A stretch of 64,000 bases of DNA from NCBI GenBank assembly GCA_009914755.4, contig CP086569.2, positions 43,360,001 to 43,424,000 on the forward strand, in the 5' to 3' direction. The stretch's first letter is position 1; the number at the start of each line of letters is the position of its first letter. Positions 1 through 18,328 of this stretch are shown one piece after another. Below the pieces are notes generated by a model. That model was not told the DNA's origin, did not search any database, and saw only the letters and a list, made by a program, of their open reading frames with translations. The DNA comes from the human T2T-CHM13v2.0 reference genome, Homo sapiens. The translations under genes were made by a program, and so were the position numbers.

Positions 1-1092
1 ATTAAATATATATTATATGACTATGTTATTAATTACATGTCACATATGTTATATATTATATATTTTACATAGAATATACCGGTTACATACAATATATACT
101 ATGTTACCTATAATGTATAATTGATTACATGTAAAATAAAGAATGCAATATATTATGTATAATTTATAATATACAATATGTGGAATGTGATATATATAAC
201 ATATAATATATGATATATGATATACAGTATATGATAATTAACATACAATATATGATACCTAATATATATGGTATACAATATATATTTTATGATATGTATT
301 CTCTATGTTTTATATTCTGTTATATATAACTATTTGAAATTATATATAACTGTATAATATTTTATGTAAATATGTAATATAATATATATAACTATATAAT
401 ATATTATATATAAGTATATATTATGTTATATATACTTTTATAACATAATTTGCATAAAATATCATAATATAATATATATTATATTATTTCACATTACATA
501 ATATATATTACATATCACACAATATAAGTAACATACATAATATTATAATATAGATTATATTATGTTATATTAAATATCATATATATCATGTATCATATAT
601 CCTATAATATATATTACACATTATATAATATGTATGTTGTCTATTATGTGATATATATAACTATATATATAATTATATTATTATACATATAACTAGATAA
701 ACATGTAATTCTACATAATTTCATTTATAATATATAGAATTATATAATCATATATAATTATTTATATTCTATAAAAAATTATATCATTATATAAATTATA
801 ATATAAAAAAATTATAATATGTACTACAAATATATATATTATATATCATATATGATATAGTACCTTAGTTATATATCATAATACATATAAATGTGTATTA
901 TGTTATCTATAATTATATAATTTCATATATAAGTTGTATAATATGTATTATATATTGTCTATGTTATGTAATATATATAGTATATATAAGCTGACACAGG
1001 ATAAATATTATATACTATGACATATAAAATATATGAGGTTATATGTTACATATAAGGCATAGCACATAACATGTAATATATATCATATATAA

Positions 1093-1390
1093 TTTTTTTT
1101 TAGACAGAGTCTTGTCCTGTTGCACAGGGTGGAGTACAATGCCGCCAACTTTGCTCACTGCAACATCTGCCTCACGGGTCCAAGCGATTGTCCTCCCTCA
1201 GCCTCCCAGGTAGCTGGGACTACACCACACTGGGACTACAGCAGCTGCCACCATGCCTAGCTAATTTTTTGGATTTTTAGTAGTGACAGCGTTTCACTGT
1301 ATTGGCCAGGATGGTCTTGATCTCTTCACCTTGTGATCCCCTTGCCTTGGCCTCCAAATTTGCTGGGATTACAGGCCTGAGCCAAGATCC
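1093..1390 (-). mobile_element. Alu SINE, copy 1, full-length dimeric, old and CpG-decayed. It is a unit-internal component that was amplified together with the array.
   Basis: Poly-T (minus-strand A-tail) at the left edge, then 'agacagagtcttgtcctgttgcacagggtggagtacaatgg...cctcagcctcccaggtagctgggactaca...ttttagtagtgacagcgtttcactgtattggccaggatggtcttgatctc...tgctgggattacaggcctgagcc'. This is the reverse-complement Alu consensus with many CpG to TpG/CpA changes. Confidence 0.93.
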
Positions 1391-3489
1391 ATATTTTTTA
1401 AATGAAAAAAAATTTCAAAGGTACTCTGCTTGGTACAATAATCAAATGTATAAACTGAGGAATAAAACATAACCATGAAACCTACTTATAACTGCATATG
1501 GAAAATACAGAGGATAATTTTTTAAATAACATATTTTGAAAGCCTTAAGTAGTAATTTGAAGAGTTGGCATTAGAAAGGCCAGTATGAATATACCTTCAA
1601 AGCAGCAACACAGGTTCCCCATGAGAAAAAGCAAACTCAGGGAAAATAAAACCACAAAGGTTCAATCTCTTCTGACCTTTGAAAGACACAGCACAGACAG
1701 TGGTCCTTAGGACGAAGAGCAGGAGACCCCTAATTCCGTCACCATGGCGATAGGGCATAAACATTGCTGGGTGAGGGCACAATCCACATTGTGAGGTCCA
1801 ACTGCTGCCAGGAAGACAGGAGTGCTTTTACATATACCGAAACGTCATTGAAGGCTCAGAGTTTTATTTCAAGAACTGAATCCCAAGCCCACACGTTATT
1901 AGGCTGCGCTTCTTAAAACAAGTTATGAGATGGGAAAAAGGGCACCCACAAACATACGTATACATTATGTATATAATAATATACAGTATCATATATATAA
2001 TATATATAACCTATGTATAATATTGTTTTACATCCTGCATCTTCTGTTATATATATTGTATAAAATATAATAATTGATAATATATAAGTTTTATATATAT
2101 ACAATATGACATATAGTATATATTATAATTTATGACATATATAATATATGTTATGTATCATATATAGAATATATTATACGGTTAATATACGTATTAAATA
2201 TAAATTATACATTATATATATTATATATAATATATCTGTTATATATAATACCCATTATGCATAATATATATATTATGTCTATGTTATATATAGTATAAAA
2301 CAACACATAATAATATACAATTGTATATATAAAATGCGACATATAATATATATTATATTTTATGACATATGTAATATATATTATATATTATATATAATAC
2401 GTTGTAGGTATAATTCCTATATTAAATATATATTATAGGACTATGTTATTAATTACATGTCACATATGTTATATATTATATATTTTACATAGAATATACC
2501 GGTTACATACAATATATACTATGTTACCTATAATGTATAATTTATTACATGTAAAATAAAGATTGCAATATACTATGTATAATTTATAGTATACAATATG
2601 TGGATTGTGATATATATAACATATAATATATGATATATGATATACAGTATATGATATATAACATACAATATATGATACCTAATATATATGGTATACAATA
2701 TATATTTTATGATATGTATTCTCTATGTTTTATATTCTGTTATATATAACTATTTGAAATTATATATAACTGTATAATATTTTATGTAAATATGTAATAT
2801 AATATATATAACTATATAATATATTACATATAACTATATATTATGTTATATATAGTTTTATAACATAATTTACATAAAATATCATAATATAATATATATT
2901 ATATTATTTCATATTACATAATATATATTACATATCACCCAATATAAGTAACATACATAATATTATAATATAGATTATATTATGTTATATTAAATATCAT
3001 ATATATCATGTATCATATATTCTATAATATATATTACACATTATATAATATGTATGTTGTCTATTATGTGATATATAGAACTATATATATAATTATATTA
3101 TTATACATATAACTACATAAACATGTAATTCTACATATTTTCATTTATAATATATAGAATTATATAATCATATATAATTATTTATATTCTATAAAAAATT
3201 ATATCATTATATAAATTATAATATATAAAAATTATAATATGTACTACAAACTGATATATTATATATCATATATGATACAGTACCTTTGTTATACATCATA
3301 TAACATATAAATGTGTATTATGTCATCAATAATTATATAATTACATACATAAGATGTATAATATGTATTATATATTATATATGTTATGTAATATATATAG
3401 TATATATAAGCTGACACAGCATAAATATTATATACTATGACATATAAAATATATGAGGTTATATGTTACATATAAGGCATAGCACATAA

Positions 3490-3810
<321 letters not shown>

Positions 3811-4378
3811 ATATTTTTTAAATGAAAAAAAATTTCAAAGGTACTCTGCTTGGTACAATAATCAAATGTATAAACTGAGGAATAAAACATAACCATGAAA
3901 CCTACTTATAACTGCATACGAAAAATGCAGAGGATAATTTTTTAAATAACATATTTTGAAAGCCTTAACTAGTAATTTGAAGAGTTGGCATTTGAAAGGC
4001 CAGGATGAATATACCTTCAAAGCAGCAACACAGGTTCCCCATGAGAAAAAGCAAACTCAGGGAAAATAAAACCACAAAGGTTCAATCTCTTCTGACCTTT
4101 GAAAGACACAGCACAGACAGTGGTCCTTAGGACGAAGAGCAGGAGACCCCTAATTCCGTCACCATGGCGATAGGGCATAAACATTGCTGGGTGAGGGCAC
4201 AATCCACATTGTGACGTCCAACTGCTGCCAGGAAGACAGGAGTGCTTTTACATAGACCGAAAGGACATTGAAGGCTCAGAATTTTGTTTCAAGAACTGAA
4301 TCCCAAGCCCACACGTTATTAGGCTGCGCTTCTTAAAACAAGTTATCAGATGGGAAAAAGGGCACCCACAAACATACG
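3811..4378. other. Representative non-Alu core segment of the unit (~570 bp, ordinary complexity, CpG-poor, no recognisable repeat family). The same segment follows every Alu copy.
   Basis: It begins right after the Alu 5' end ('gccaagatcc|atattttttaaatgaaaaaaaatttcaaagg') and ends at 'gggcacccacaaacatacgta', where the AT-rich segment starts. It contains the recurrent 61 aa minus-strand ORF artefact. Confidence 0.8.
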
Positions 4379-5932
4379 TATACATTATGTATATAATAAT
4401 ATACAGTATCATATATATAATATATATAACCTATGTATAATATTGTTTTACATCCTGCATCTTATCTTATATATATTGTATAAAATATAATAATTGATAA
4501 TATATAAGTTCTATATTTATACAATATGACATATAGTATATATTATAATTTATGTCATATATAATATATGATATATATCATATATAGAATATATTATACG
4601 GTTAATATACGTATTAAATATAAATTATACATTATATATATTATATATAATATATCTCTTATATATAATACCCATTATGCATAATATATATATTATGTCT
4701 ATGTTATATATAGTATAAAACAACACATAATAATATATAATTGTATGTATAAAATGCGACATATAATAGATAATATATTTTATGACATATGTAATATATA
4801 TTATATATTATATATAATACGTTGTATGTATAATACCTATATTAAATATATATTATATGACTATGTTATTAATTACATGTCACATATGTTATATATTATA
4901 TATTTTACATAGAATATACCGGTTACATACAATATATACTATGTTACCTATAATGTACAATTTATTACATGTAAAATAAAGAATGCAATATATTATGTAT
5001 AATTTATAATATACAATATGTGGAATGTGATATATATAACATATAATATATGATATATGATATACAGTATATGATATATAACATACAATATATGATACCT
5101 AATATATATGGTCTACAATATATATTTTATGATATGTATTCTATATGTTTTATATTCTGTTATATATAACTATTTGAAATTATATATAACTGTATAATAT
5201 TTTATGTAAATATGTAATATAATATATATAACTATATAATATATTATATATAACTATATATTATGTTATATATACTTTTATAACATAATTTACTTAAAAT
5301 ATCATAATATAATATATATTATATTATTTCATATTACATAATATATATTACATATCACCCAATATAAGTAACATACATAAGATTATAATATAGATTATAT
5401 TATGTTATATTAAATATCATATATATTATGTATCATATATTCTATAATATATATTATACATTATATAATATGTATGTTGTCTATTATGTGATATATATGA
5501 CTAAATATATAATTATATTATTATACATATAACTAGATAAACATGTAATTCTACATATTTTCATTTATAATATATAGAATTATATAATCATATATAATTA
5601 TTTATATTCTATAAAAAATTATATCATTATATAAATTATAATATATAAAAATTATAATATGTACTACAAATATATATATTATATATCATATATGATATAG
5701 TACCTTTGTTATATATCATATTACATATAAATGTGTATTATGTCATCTATAATTATATAATTTCATACATAAGATGTATAATATGTATTATATATTTTAT
5801 ATGTTATGTAATATATATTGTATATATAAGATGACACAGGATAAATATTATATACTATGACATATAAAATATATGAGGTTATATGTTACATATAAGGCAT
5901 AGCACATAACATGTAATATATATCATATATAA
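4379..5932. repeat. Representative AT-rich low-complexity segment of the unit (~1.55 kb, about 85-90% A+T, dense in TA/AT steps, internally degenerate). It is present in every unit.
   Basis: Composition seen directly ('tatacattatgtatataataatatacagtatcatatatataatatatataacc...'). Loosely repeated sub-motifs ('tatgacatat...', 'ttatatatta') recur within it. It ends at the Alu poly-T. Confidence 0.85.
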
Positions 5933-6230
<298 letters not shown>

Positions 6231-8351
6231 ATATTTTTTAAATGAAAAAAAATTTCAAAGGTACTCTGCTTGGTACAATAATCAAATGTATAAACTGAGG
6301 AATAAAACATAACCATGAAACCTACTTATAACTGCATATGGAAAATACAGAGGATAATTTTTTAAATACCATATTTTGAAAGCCTTAACTAGTAATTTGA
6401 AGAGTTGGCATTTGAAAGGCCAGTATGAATATACCTTCAAAGCAGCAACACAAGTTCCCCATGAGAAAAAGCAAACTCAGGGAAAATAAAACCACAAAGG
6501 TTCAATCTCTTCTGACCTTTGAAAGACACAGCACAGACAGTGGTCCTTAGGACGAAGAGCAGGAGACCCCTAATTCCGTCACCATGGCGATAGGGCATAA
6601 ACATTGCTGGGTGAGGGCACAATCCACATTGTGAGGTCCAACTGCTGCCAGGAAGACAGGAGTGCTTTTACATAGACCGAAAGGTCATTGAAGGCTCAGA
6701 GTTTTGTTTCAAGAACTGAATCCCAAGCCCACACGTTATTAGGCTGCGCTTCTTAAAACAAGTTATGAGATGGGAAAAAGGGCACCCACAAACATACGTA
6801 TACATTATGTATATAATAATATACAGTATCATATGTATAATATATATAACCTATGTATAATATTGTTTTACATCCTGCATCTTATATTATATATATTGTA
6901 TAAAATATAATAATTGATAATATATAAGTTTTATATTTATACAATATGACATATAGTATATATTATAATTTATGACATATATAATATATGTTATATATCA
7001 TATATAGAATATATTATACGGTTAATATACGTATTAAATATAAATTATACATTATATATATTATATATAATATATCTGTTATATATAATACCCATTATGC
7101 ATAATATATATATTATGTCTATGTTATATATAGTATAAAACAACACATAATAATATATAATTGTATATATAAAATGCGACATATAATATATATTATATTT
7201 TATGACATATGTAATATATATTATATATTATATATAATACTTTGTATGTATAATACCTATATTAAATATATATTATATTACTATGTTATTAATTACATGT
7301 CACATATGTTATATATTATATATTTTACATAGAATATACCGGTTACATACAATATATACTATGTTACCTATAATGTATAATTTATTACATGTAAAATAAT
7401 GAATGCAATATATTATGTATAATTTAAAATATACAATATGTGGAATGTGATATATATAACATATAATATATGATAGAGGATATACAGTATATGATATATA
7501 ACATACAATATATGATATCTAATATATATGGTATACAATATATATTTTATGATATGTATTCTATATGTTTTATATTCTGTTATATATAACTATTTGAAAT
7601 TATATATAACTGTATAATATTTTATGTAAATATGTAATATAATATATATAACTATATAATATATTATATATAACTATATATTATGTTATATATACTTTTA
7701 TAACATAATTTACTTAAAATATCATAATATAATATATACTATATTATTTCATATTACATAATATATATTACATATCACCCAATATAAGTAACATACATAA
7801 GATTATAATATAGATTATATTATGTTACATTAAATATCATATATATCATGTATCATATATTCTATAATATATATATACATTATATAATATGTATGTTGTC
7901 TATTATGTGATATATATAACTATAAATATAATTATATTATTATACATATAACTAGATAAACATGTAATTCTACATATTTTCATTTATAATATATAGAATT
8001 ATATAATCATATATAATTATTTATATTCTATAAAAAATTATATCATTATATAAATTATAATATATAAAAATTATAATATGTACTACAAACAGATATATTA
8101 TATATCATATATGATATAGTACCTTTGTTATATATCATATTACATATAAATGTGTATTATGTCATCTATAATTATATAATTTCATATATAAGTTGTATAA
8201 TATGTATTATATATTTTATATGTTATGTAATATATATTGTATATGTAAGATGACACAGGATAAATATTATATACTATGACATATAAAATATATGAGGTTA
8301 TATGTTACATATAAGGCATAGCACATAACATGTAATATATATCATCTATAA

Positions 8352-8649
<298 letters not shown>

Positions 8650-10745
8650 ATATTTTTTAAATGAAAAAAAATTTCAAAGGTACTCTGCTTGGTACAATAA
8701 TCAAATGTATAAACTGAGGAATAAAACATAACCATGAAACCTACTTATAACTGCATACGGAAAATACAGAGGATAATTTTTTAAATAACATATTTTGAAA
8801 GCCTTAACTAGTAATTTGAAGAGTTGGCATTTGAAAGGCCAGTATGAATATACCTTCAAAGCAGCAACACAGGTTCCCCATGAGAAAAAGCAAACTCAGG
8901 GAAAATAAAACCACAAAGGTTCAATCTCTTCTGACCTTTGAAAGACACAGCACAGACAGTGGTCCTTAGGACGAAGAGCAGGAGAACCCTAATTCCGTCA
9001 CCATGGCGATAGGGCATAAGCATTGCTGGGTGAGGGCACAATCCACATTGTGAGGTCCAACTGCTGCCAGGAAGACAGGAGTGCTATTACATACACCGAA
9101 AGGTCATTGAAGGCTCAGAGTTTTGTTTCAAGAACTGAATCCCAAGCCCACACGTTATTAGGCTGCGCTTCTTAAAACAAGTTATGAGATGGGAAAAAGG
9201 GCACCCACAAACATATGTATACATTATGTATATAATAATATACAGTATCATATATATAATATATATAACCTATGTATAATATTGTTTTACATCCTGCATC
9301 TTATATTATATATATTGTATAAAATATAATAATTGATAATATATGTTTCATATTTATACAATATGACATATAGATATATTATAATTTATGACATATATAA
9401 TATATGTTATATATCATATATAGAATATATTATACGGTTAATATACGTATTAAATATAAATTATATATTATATATATTATATATAATATATCTGTTATAT
9501 ATAATACCCATTATGCATAATATATATATTATGTCTATGTTATATATAGTATAAAACAACATATAATAATATATAATTGTATATATAAAATGCGACATAT
9601 AATATATATTATATTTTATGACATATGTAATATATATTATATATTATATATAATACGTTGTAGGTATAATACCTATATTAAATATATATTATATGACTAT
9701 GTTATTAATTACATGTCACATATGTTATATAGTATATATTTTGCATAGAATATACCGGTTACATACAATATACACTATGTTACCTATAATGAATAATTTA
9801 TTACATGTAAAATAAAGAATGCAATATATGATGTATAATTTATAATATACAATATGTGGAATGTGATATATATAACATATAATATATGATATATGATATA
9901 CAGTATATGATATATAACATACAATATATGATTCCTAATATATATGGTATACAATATATATTTTATGATATGTATTCTCTATGTTTTATATTCTGTTATA
10001 TATAACTATTTGAAATTATATATAACTGTATAATATTTTATGTAAATATGTAATATAATATATATAACTATATAATATATTATATATAACTATATATTAT
10101 GTTATATATACTTTTATAAAATAAATTACATAAAATATCATAATATAATATATAATATATTATTTCATATTACATAATATATATTACATATCACCCAATA
10201 TAAGAAACATACATAATATTATAATATAGATTATATTATGTTATATTAAATATCATATATATCATGTGTCATATATTCCATAATATATTTTATACATTAC
10301 ATAATATGTATGTTGTCTATTATGTGATATATATAACTATATATATAATTATATTATTATACATATAACTAGATAAACATGTAATTCTACATATTTTCAT
10401 TTTTAATATATAGAATTATATAATCATATATAATTATTTATATTCTATAAAAAATTATATCATTATATAAATTATAATATATAAAAATTATAATATATAC
10501 TACAAAAATATATATTATATATCATATATGATATAGTACCTTTGTTATATATCATAATACATATAAATGTGTATTATGTCATCTATAATTATATAATTTC
10601 ATATATAAGATGTATAATATGTATTATATATTATATATGATATGTAATATATATAGTATATATAAGATGACACAGGATAAATATTATATACTATGACATA
10701 TAAAATATATGAGGTTATATGTTACATATAAGGCATAGCACATAA

Positions 10746-11066
<321 letters not shown>

Positions 11067-13165
11067 ATATTTTTTAAATGAAAAAAAATTTCAAAGGTAC
11101 TCTGCTTGGTACAATAATCAAATGTATAAACTGAGGAATAAAACATAACCATGAAACCTACTTATAACTGCATATGGAAAATACAGAGGATAATTTTTTA
11201 AATAACATATTTTGAAAGCCTTAACTAGTAATTTGAAGAGTTGGCATTTGAAAGGCCAGTATGAATATACCTTCAAAGCAGCAACACAGGTTCCCCATGA
11301 GAAAAAGCAAACTCAGGGAAAATAAAACCACAAAGGTTCAATCTCTTCTGACCTTTGAAAGACACAGCACAGACAGTCGTCCTTAGGACGAAGAGCAGGA
11401 GACCCCTAATTCCGTCACCATGGCGATAGGGCATAAGCATTGCTGGGTGAGGGCACAATCCACATTGTGAGGTCCAACTGCTGCCAGGAAGACAGGAGTG
11501 CTTTTACATAGACCGAAAGGTCATTGAAGGCTCAGAGTTTTGTTTCAAGAACTGAATCCCAAGCCCTCACGTTATTAGGCTGCGCTTCTTAAAACAAGTT
11601 ATGAGATGGGAAAAAGGGCACCCACAAACATACGTATACATTATGTATATAATAATATACAGTATCATATATATAATATATATAACCTATGTATAATATT
11701 GTTTTACATCCTGCATCTTATATTATATATATTGTCTAAAATATAATAATTGATAATATATAAGTTTTATATTTATACAATATGACATATAGTATATATT
11801 ATAATTTATGACATATATAATATATGTTATATATTATATATAGAATATATTATACGGTTAATATACGTATTAAATATAAATTATACATTATATATATTAT
11901 ATATAATATATCTGTTATATATAATACCCATTATGCATAATATATATATTATGTCTATGTTATATATAGTGTAAAACAACATATAATAATATATAATTGT
12001 ATATATAAAATGCGACATGTAATATATATTATATTTTATGACATATGTAATATATATTATATATTATATATAATACGTTGTATGTATAATACCTATATTA
12101 AATATATATTATATGACTATGTTATTAATTACATGTCACATGTGTTATATAGTATATATTTTGAATAGAATATACCGGTTACATACAATATATACTATGT
12201 TACCTATAATGTATAATTTATTATATGTAAAATAAAGAATGCAATATATTATGTATAATTTATAATATACAATATGTGGAATGTGATATATATAACATAT
12301 AATATATGATATATGATATACAGTATATGATATATAACATACAATATATGATACCTAATATATATGGTGTACAATATATATTTTATGATATGTATTCTCT
12401 ATGTTTTATATTCTGTTATATATAACTATTTAAAATTATATATAAATGTATAATATTTTATGTAAATATGTAATATAATATATATAACTATATAATGTAT
12501 TATATATAACTATATATTATGTTATATATACTTTTATAAAATAAATTACATAAAATATCATAATATAATATATATTATATTATTTCATATTACTTAAGAT
12601 ATATTACATATCACCCAATATAAGTAACATACATAATATTATAATATAGATTATATTATGTTATATTAAATATCATATATATCATGTATCATATATTCCA
12701 TAATATATTTTATACATTATATAATATGTATGTTGTCAATTATGTGATATATATAACTTTATATATAATTATATTATTATACATATAACTAGATAAACAT
12801 GTAATTCTACATATTTTCATTTATAATATATAGAATTATATAATCATATATAATTATTTATATTCTATAAAAAATTATATCATTATATAAATTATAATAT
12901 ATAAAAATTATAATATATACTACAAATATATGTATTATATATCATATATGATATAGTACCTTTGTTATATATCATAATACATATAAATGTGTATTATGTT
13001 ATCTATAATTATATAATTTCATATATAAGATGTATAATATGTATTATATATTATATATGATATGTAATATATATAGTATGTATAAGATGACACAGGATAA
13101 ATATTATATACTATGACATATAAAATATATGAGGTTATATGTTACATATAAGGCATAGCACATAA

Positions 13166-13487
<322 letters not shown>

Positions 13488-15586
13488 ATATTTTTTAAAT
13501 GAAAAAAAGTTTCAAAGGTACTCTGCTTGGTACAATAATCAAATGTATAAACTGAGGAATAAAACATAAGCATGAAACCTACTTATAACAGCATATGGAA
13601 AATACAGAGGATAATTTTTTAAATAACATATTTTGAAAGCCTTAACTAGTAATTTGAAGAGTTGGCATTTGAAAGGCCAGTATGAATATACCTTCAAAGC
13701 AGCAACACAGGTTCCCCATGAGAAAAAGCAAACTCAGGGAAAATAAAACCACAAAGGTTCAATCTCTTCTGACCTTGGAAAGACACAGCACAGACAGTGG
13801 TCCTTAGGACGAAGAGCAGGAGACCCCTAATTCCGTCACCATGGCGATAGGGCATAAACATTGCTGGGTGAGGGCACAATCCACATTGTGAGGTCCAACT
13901 GCTGCCAGGAAGACAGGAGTGCTTTTACATAGACCGAAAGGTCATTGAAGGCTCAGAGTTTTGTTTCAAGCACTGAATCCCAAGCCCACACGTTATTAGG
14001 CTGCGCTTCTTAAAACAAGTTATGAGATGGGAAAAAGGGCACCCACAAACATACGTATACATTATGTATATAATAATATACAGTATCATATATATAATGT
14101 ATATAACCTATGTATAATATTGTTTTACATCCTGCATCTTATATTATATATATTGTATAAAATAAAATAATTGATAATATATATGTTTTATATTTATACA
14201 ATATGACATATAGTATATATTATAATTTATGACATATATTATATATGTTATATATCATATATGGAATATATTATACGGTTAATATTCGTATTAAATATAA
14301 ATTATACATTATATATATTATATATAATATATCTGTTATATATAATACGCATTATGCATAATATATATATTATGTCTATGTTATATATAGTATAAAACAA
14401 CATATAATAATATATAATTGTATATATAAAATGCGACATATAATATATATTATATTTTATGACATATGTAATATATATTATATATTATATATAATACGTT
14501 GTATGTATAATACCTATATTAAATATATATTATATGACTATGTTATTAATTACATGTCACATATGTTATATATTATATATTTTACATAGAATATGCCGGT
14601 TACATACAATATATACTATGTTACCCATAATGAATAATTTATTACATGTAAAATAAAGAATGCAATATATTATGTATAATTTATAATATACAATATGTGG
14701 AATGTGATACATATAACATATAATATATGATATATGATATACAGTATATGATATATAACATACAATATATGATACCTAATATATATGGAATATAATATAT
14801 ATTTTATGATATGTATCCTATATGTTTTATATTCTGTTATATATAACTATTTGAAATTATATATAACTGTGTAATATTTTATGTAAATATGTAATATAAT
14901 ATATACAACTATATAATATATTATATATAACTATATATTATGTTATATATACTTTTATAACATAATTTACATAAAATATCATAATAAAATATATGTTATA
15001 TTATTTCACATTACGTAATGTATATTACATATCACCCAATATAAGTAACATACATAATATTATAATATAGATTATATTATGTTATATTAAATCTCATATA
15101 TATCATGTATCATATATTCTATAATATATATTATACATTATATAATATGTATGTTGTCTATTATGTGAGATATATAACTGTATATATAATTATATTGTTA
15201 TACATATAACTAGATAAACATGTAATTCTACATATTTTCCTTTATAATATATAGAATTATATAATCATATATAATTATTTATATTCTATAAAAAATTATA
15301 TCATTATATAAATTATAATATTTAAAAACTATAATATGTACTACAAATATATATGTTATATATCATATATGATATAGTACCTTTGTTATATATCATAATA
15401 CATATAAATGTGTATTATGTTATCTATAATTATATAATTTCATTTATAAGATGTATAATATGTATTATATATTATATACGTTATGTAATATATATAGTAT
15501 ATTTAACCTGACACAGGATAAATATTATATACTATGACATATAAAATATATGAGGTTATATGTTACATATAAGGCATAGCATATAA

Positions 15587-15908
<322 letters not shown>

Positions 15909-18007
15909 ATATTTTTTAAATGAAAAAAAATTTCAAAGGTACTCTGCTTGGTACAATAATCAAATGTATAAACTGAGGAATAAAACATAACCATGAAACC
16001 TACTTATGACAGCATATGGAAAATGCAGAGGATAATTTTTTAAATAACATATTTTGAAAGCCTTACCTAGTAATTTGAAGAGTTGGCATTTGAAAGGCCA
16101 GTATGAATATACCTTCAAAGCAGCAACACAGGTTCCCCATGAGAAAAATCAAACTCAGGGAAAATAAAACCACAAAGGTTCAATCTCTTCTGACCTTTGA
16201 AAGACACAGCACAGACAGTGGTCCTTAGGACGAAGAGCAGGAGACCCCTAATTCCGTCACCATGGCGATAGGGCATAAACATTGCTGGGTGAGGGCACAA
16301 TCCACATTGTGAGGTCCAACTGCTGCCAGGAAGACAGGAGTGCTTTTACATAGACCGAAAGGTCATTGAAGGCTCAGAGTTTTGTTTCAAGCACTGAATC
16401 CCAAGCCCACACGTTATTAGGCTGCGCTTCTTAAAACAAGTTATGAGATGGGAAAAAGGGCACCCACAAACATACGTATATATTATGTATATAATAATAT
16501 ACAGCATCATATATATAATATATATAACTTATGTATAATATTGTTTTACATCCTGCATCTTCTGTTATATATATTGTATAAAATATAATAATTGATAATA
16601 TATAAGTTTTATATATATACAATATGACATATAGTATATATTATAATTTATGACATATATAATATATGTTATGTATCATATATAGAATATATTATACGGT
16701 TAATATACGTATTAAATATAAATTATACATTATATATATTATATATAATATATCTGTTATATATAATACCCATTATGCATAATATATATATTATGTCTAT
16801 GTTATATATAGTATAAAACAACACATAATAATATACAATTGTATATATAAAATGCGACATATAATATATATTATATTTTATGACATATGTAATATATATT
16901 ATATATTATATATAATACGTTGTAGGTATAATTCCTATATTAAATATATATTATAGGACTATGTTATTAATTACATGTCACATATGTTATATATTATATA
17001 TTTTACATAGAATATACCGGTTACATACAATATATACTATGTTACCTATAATGTATAATTTATTACATGTAAAATAAAGATTGCAATATACTATGTATAA
17101 TTTATAGTATACAATATGTGGATTGTGATATATATAACATATAATATATGATATATGATATACAGTATATGATATATAACATACAATATATGATACCTAA
17201 TATATATGGTATACAATATATATTTTATGATATGTATTCTCTATGTTTTATATTCTGTTATATATAACTATTTGAAATTATATATAACTGTATAATATTT
17301 TATGTAAATATGTAATATAATATATATAACTATATAATATATTATATATAACTATATATTATGTTATATATAGTTTTATAACATAATTTACATAAAATAT
17401 CATAATATAATATATATTATATTATTTCATATTACATAATATATATTACATATCACCCAATATAAGTAACATACATAATATTATAATATAGATTATATTA
17501 TGTTATATTAAATATCATATATATCATGTATCATATATTCTATAATATATATTACACATTATATAATATGTATGTTGTCTATTATGTGATATATAGAACT
17601 ATATATATAATTATATTATTATACATATAACTACATAAACATGTAATTCTACATATTTTCATTTATAATATATAGAATTATATAATCATATATAATTATT
17701 TATATTCTATAAAAAATTATATCATTATATAAATTATAATATATAAAAATTATAATATGTTTTACAAATATATATATTATATATCATATATGATATAGTA
17801 CCTTTGTTATATATCATAATACATATAAATGTGTATTATGTTATCTATAATTATATAAATTCATATATAAGATATATAATATGTATCATATATTATATAT
17901 GTTATGTAATATATATAGTATATATAAGCTGACACAGGATAAATATTATATACTATGACATATAAAATATATGAGGTTATATGTTACATATAAGGCATAG
18001 CACATAA

Positions 18008-18328
<321 letters not shown>

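Noticed and set aside
1391-1960. Attempt to assign the ~570 bp core to a known interspersed-repeat family (L1 3'UTR, MER, LTR) or to an exon of a known gene
   Set aside because: I cannot recognise it from memory. Without a Dfam/RepeatMasker or BLAST search any name would be a guess. It is reported only as an unclassified core.
9333-9554. Plus-strand 73-74 aa ORFs at 9333 and 21432, considered as possibly strand-specific genes
   Set aside because: They overlap minus-strand ORF artefacts in the same AT-rich stretch (for example 21432-21656 (+) overlaps 21509-21700 (-)). Both are low-complexity, and presence or absence between units tracks single substitutions.
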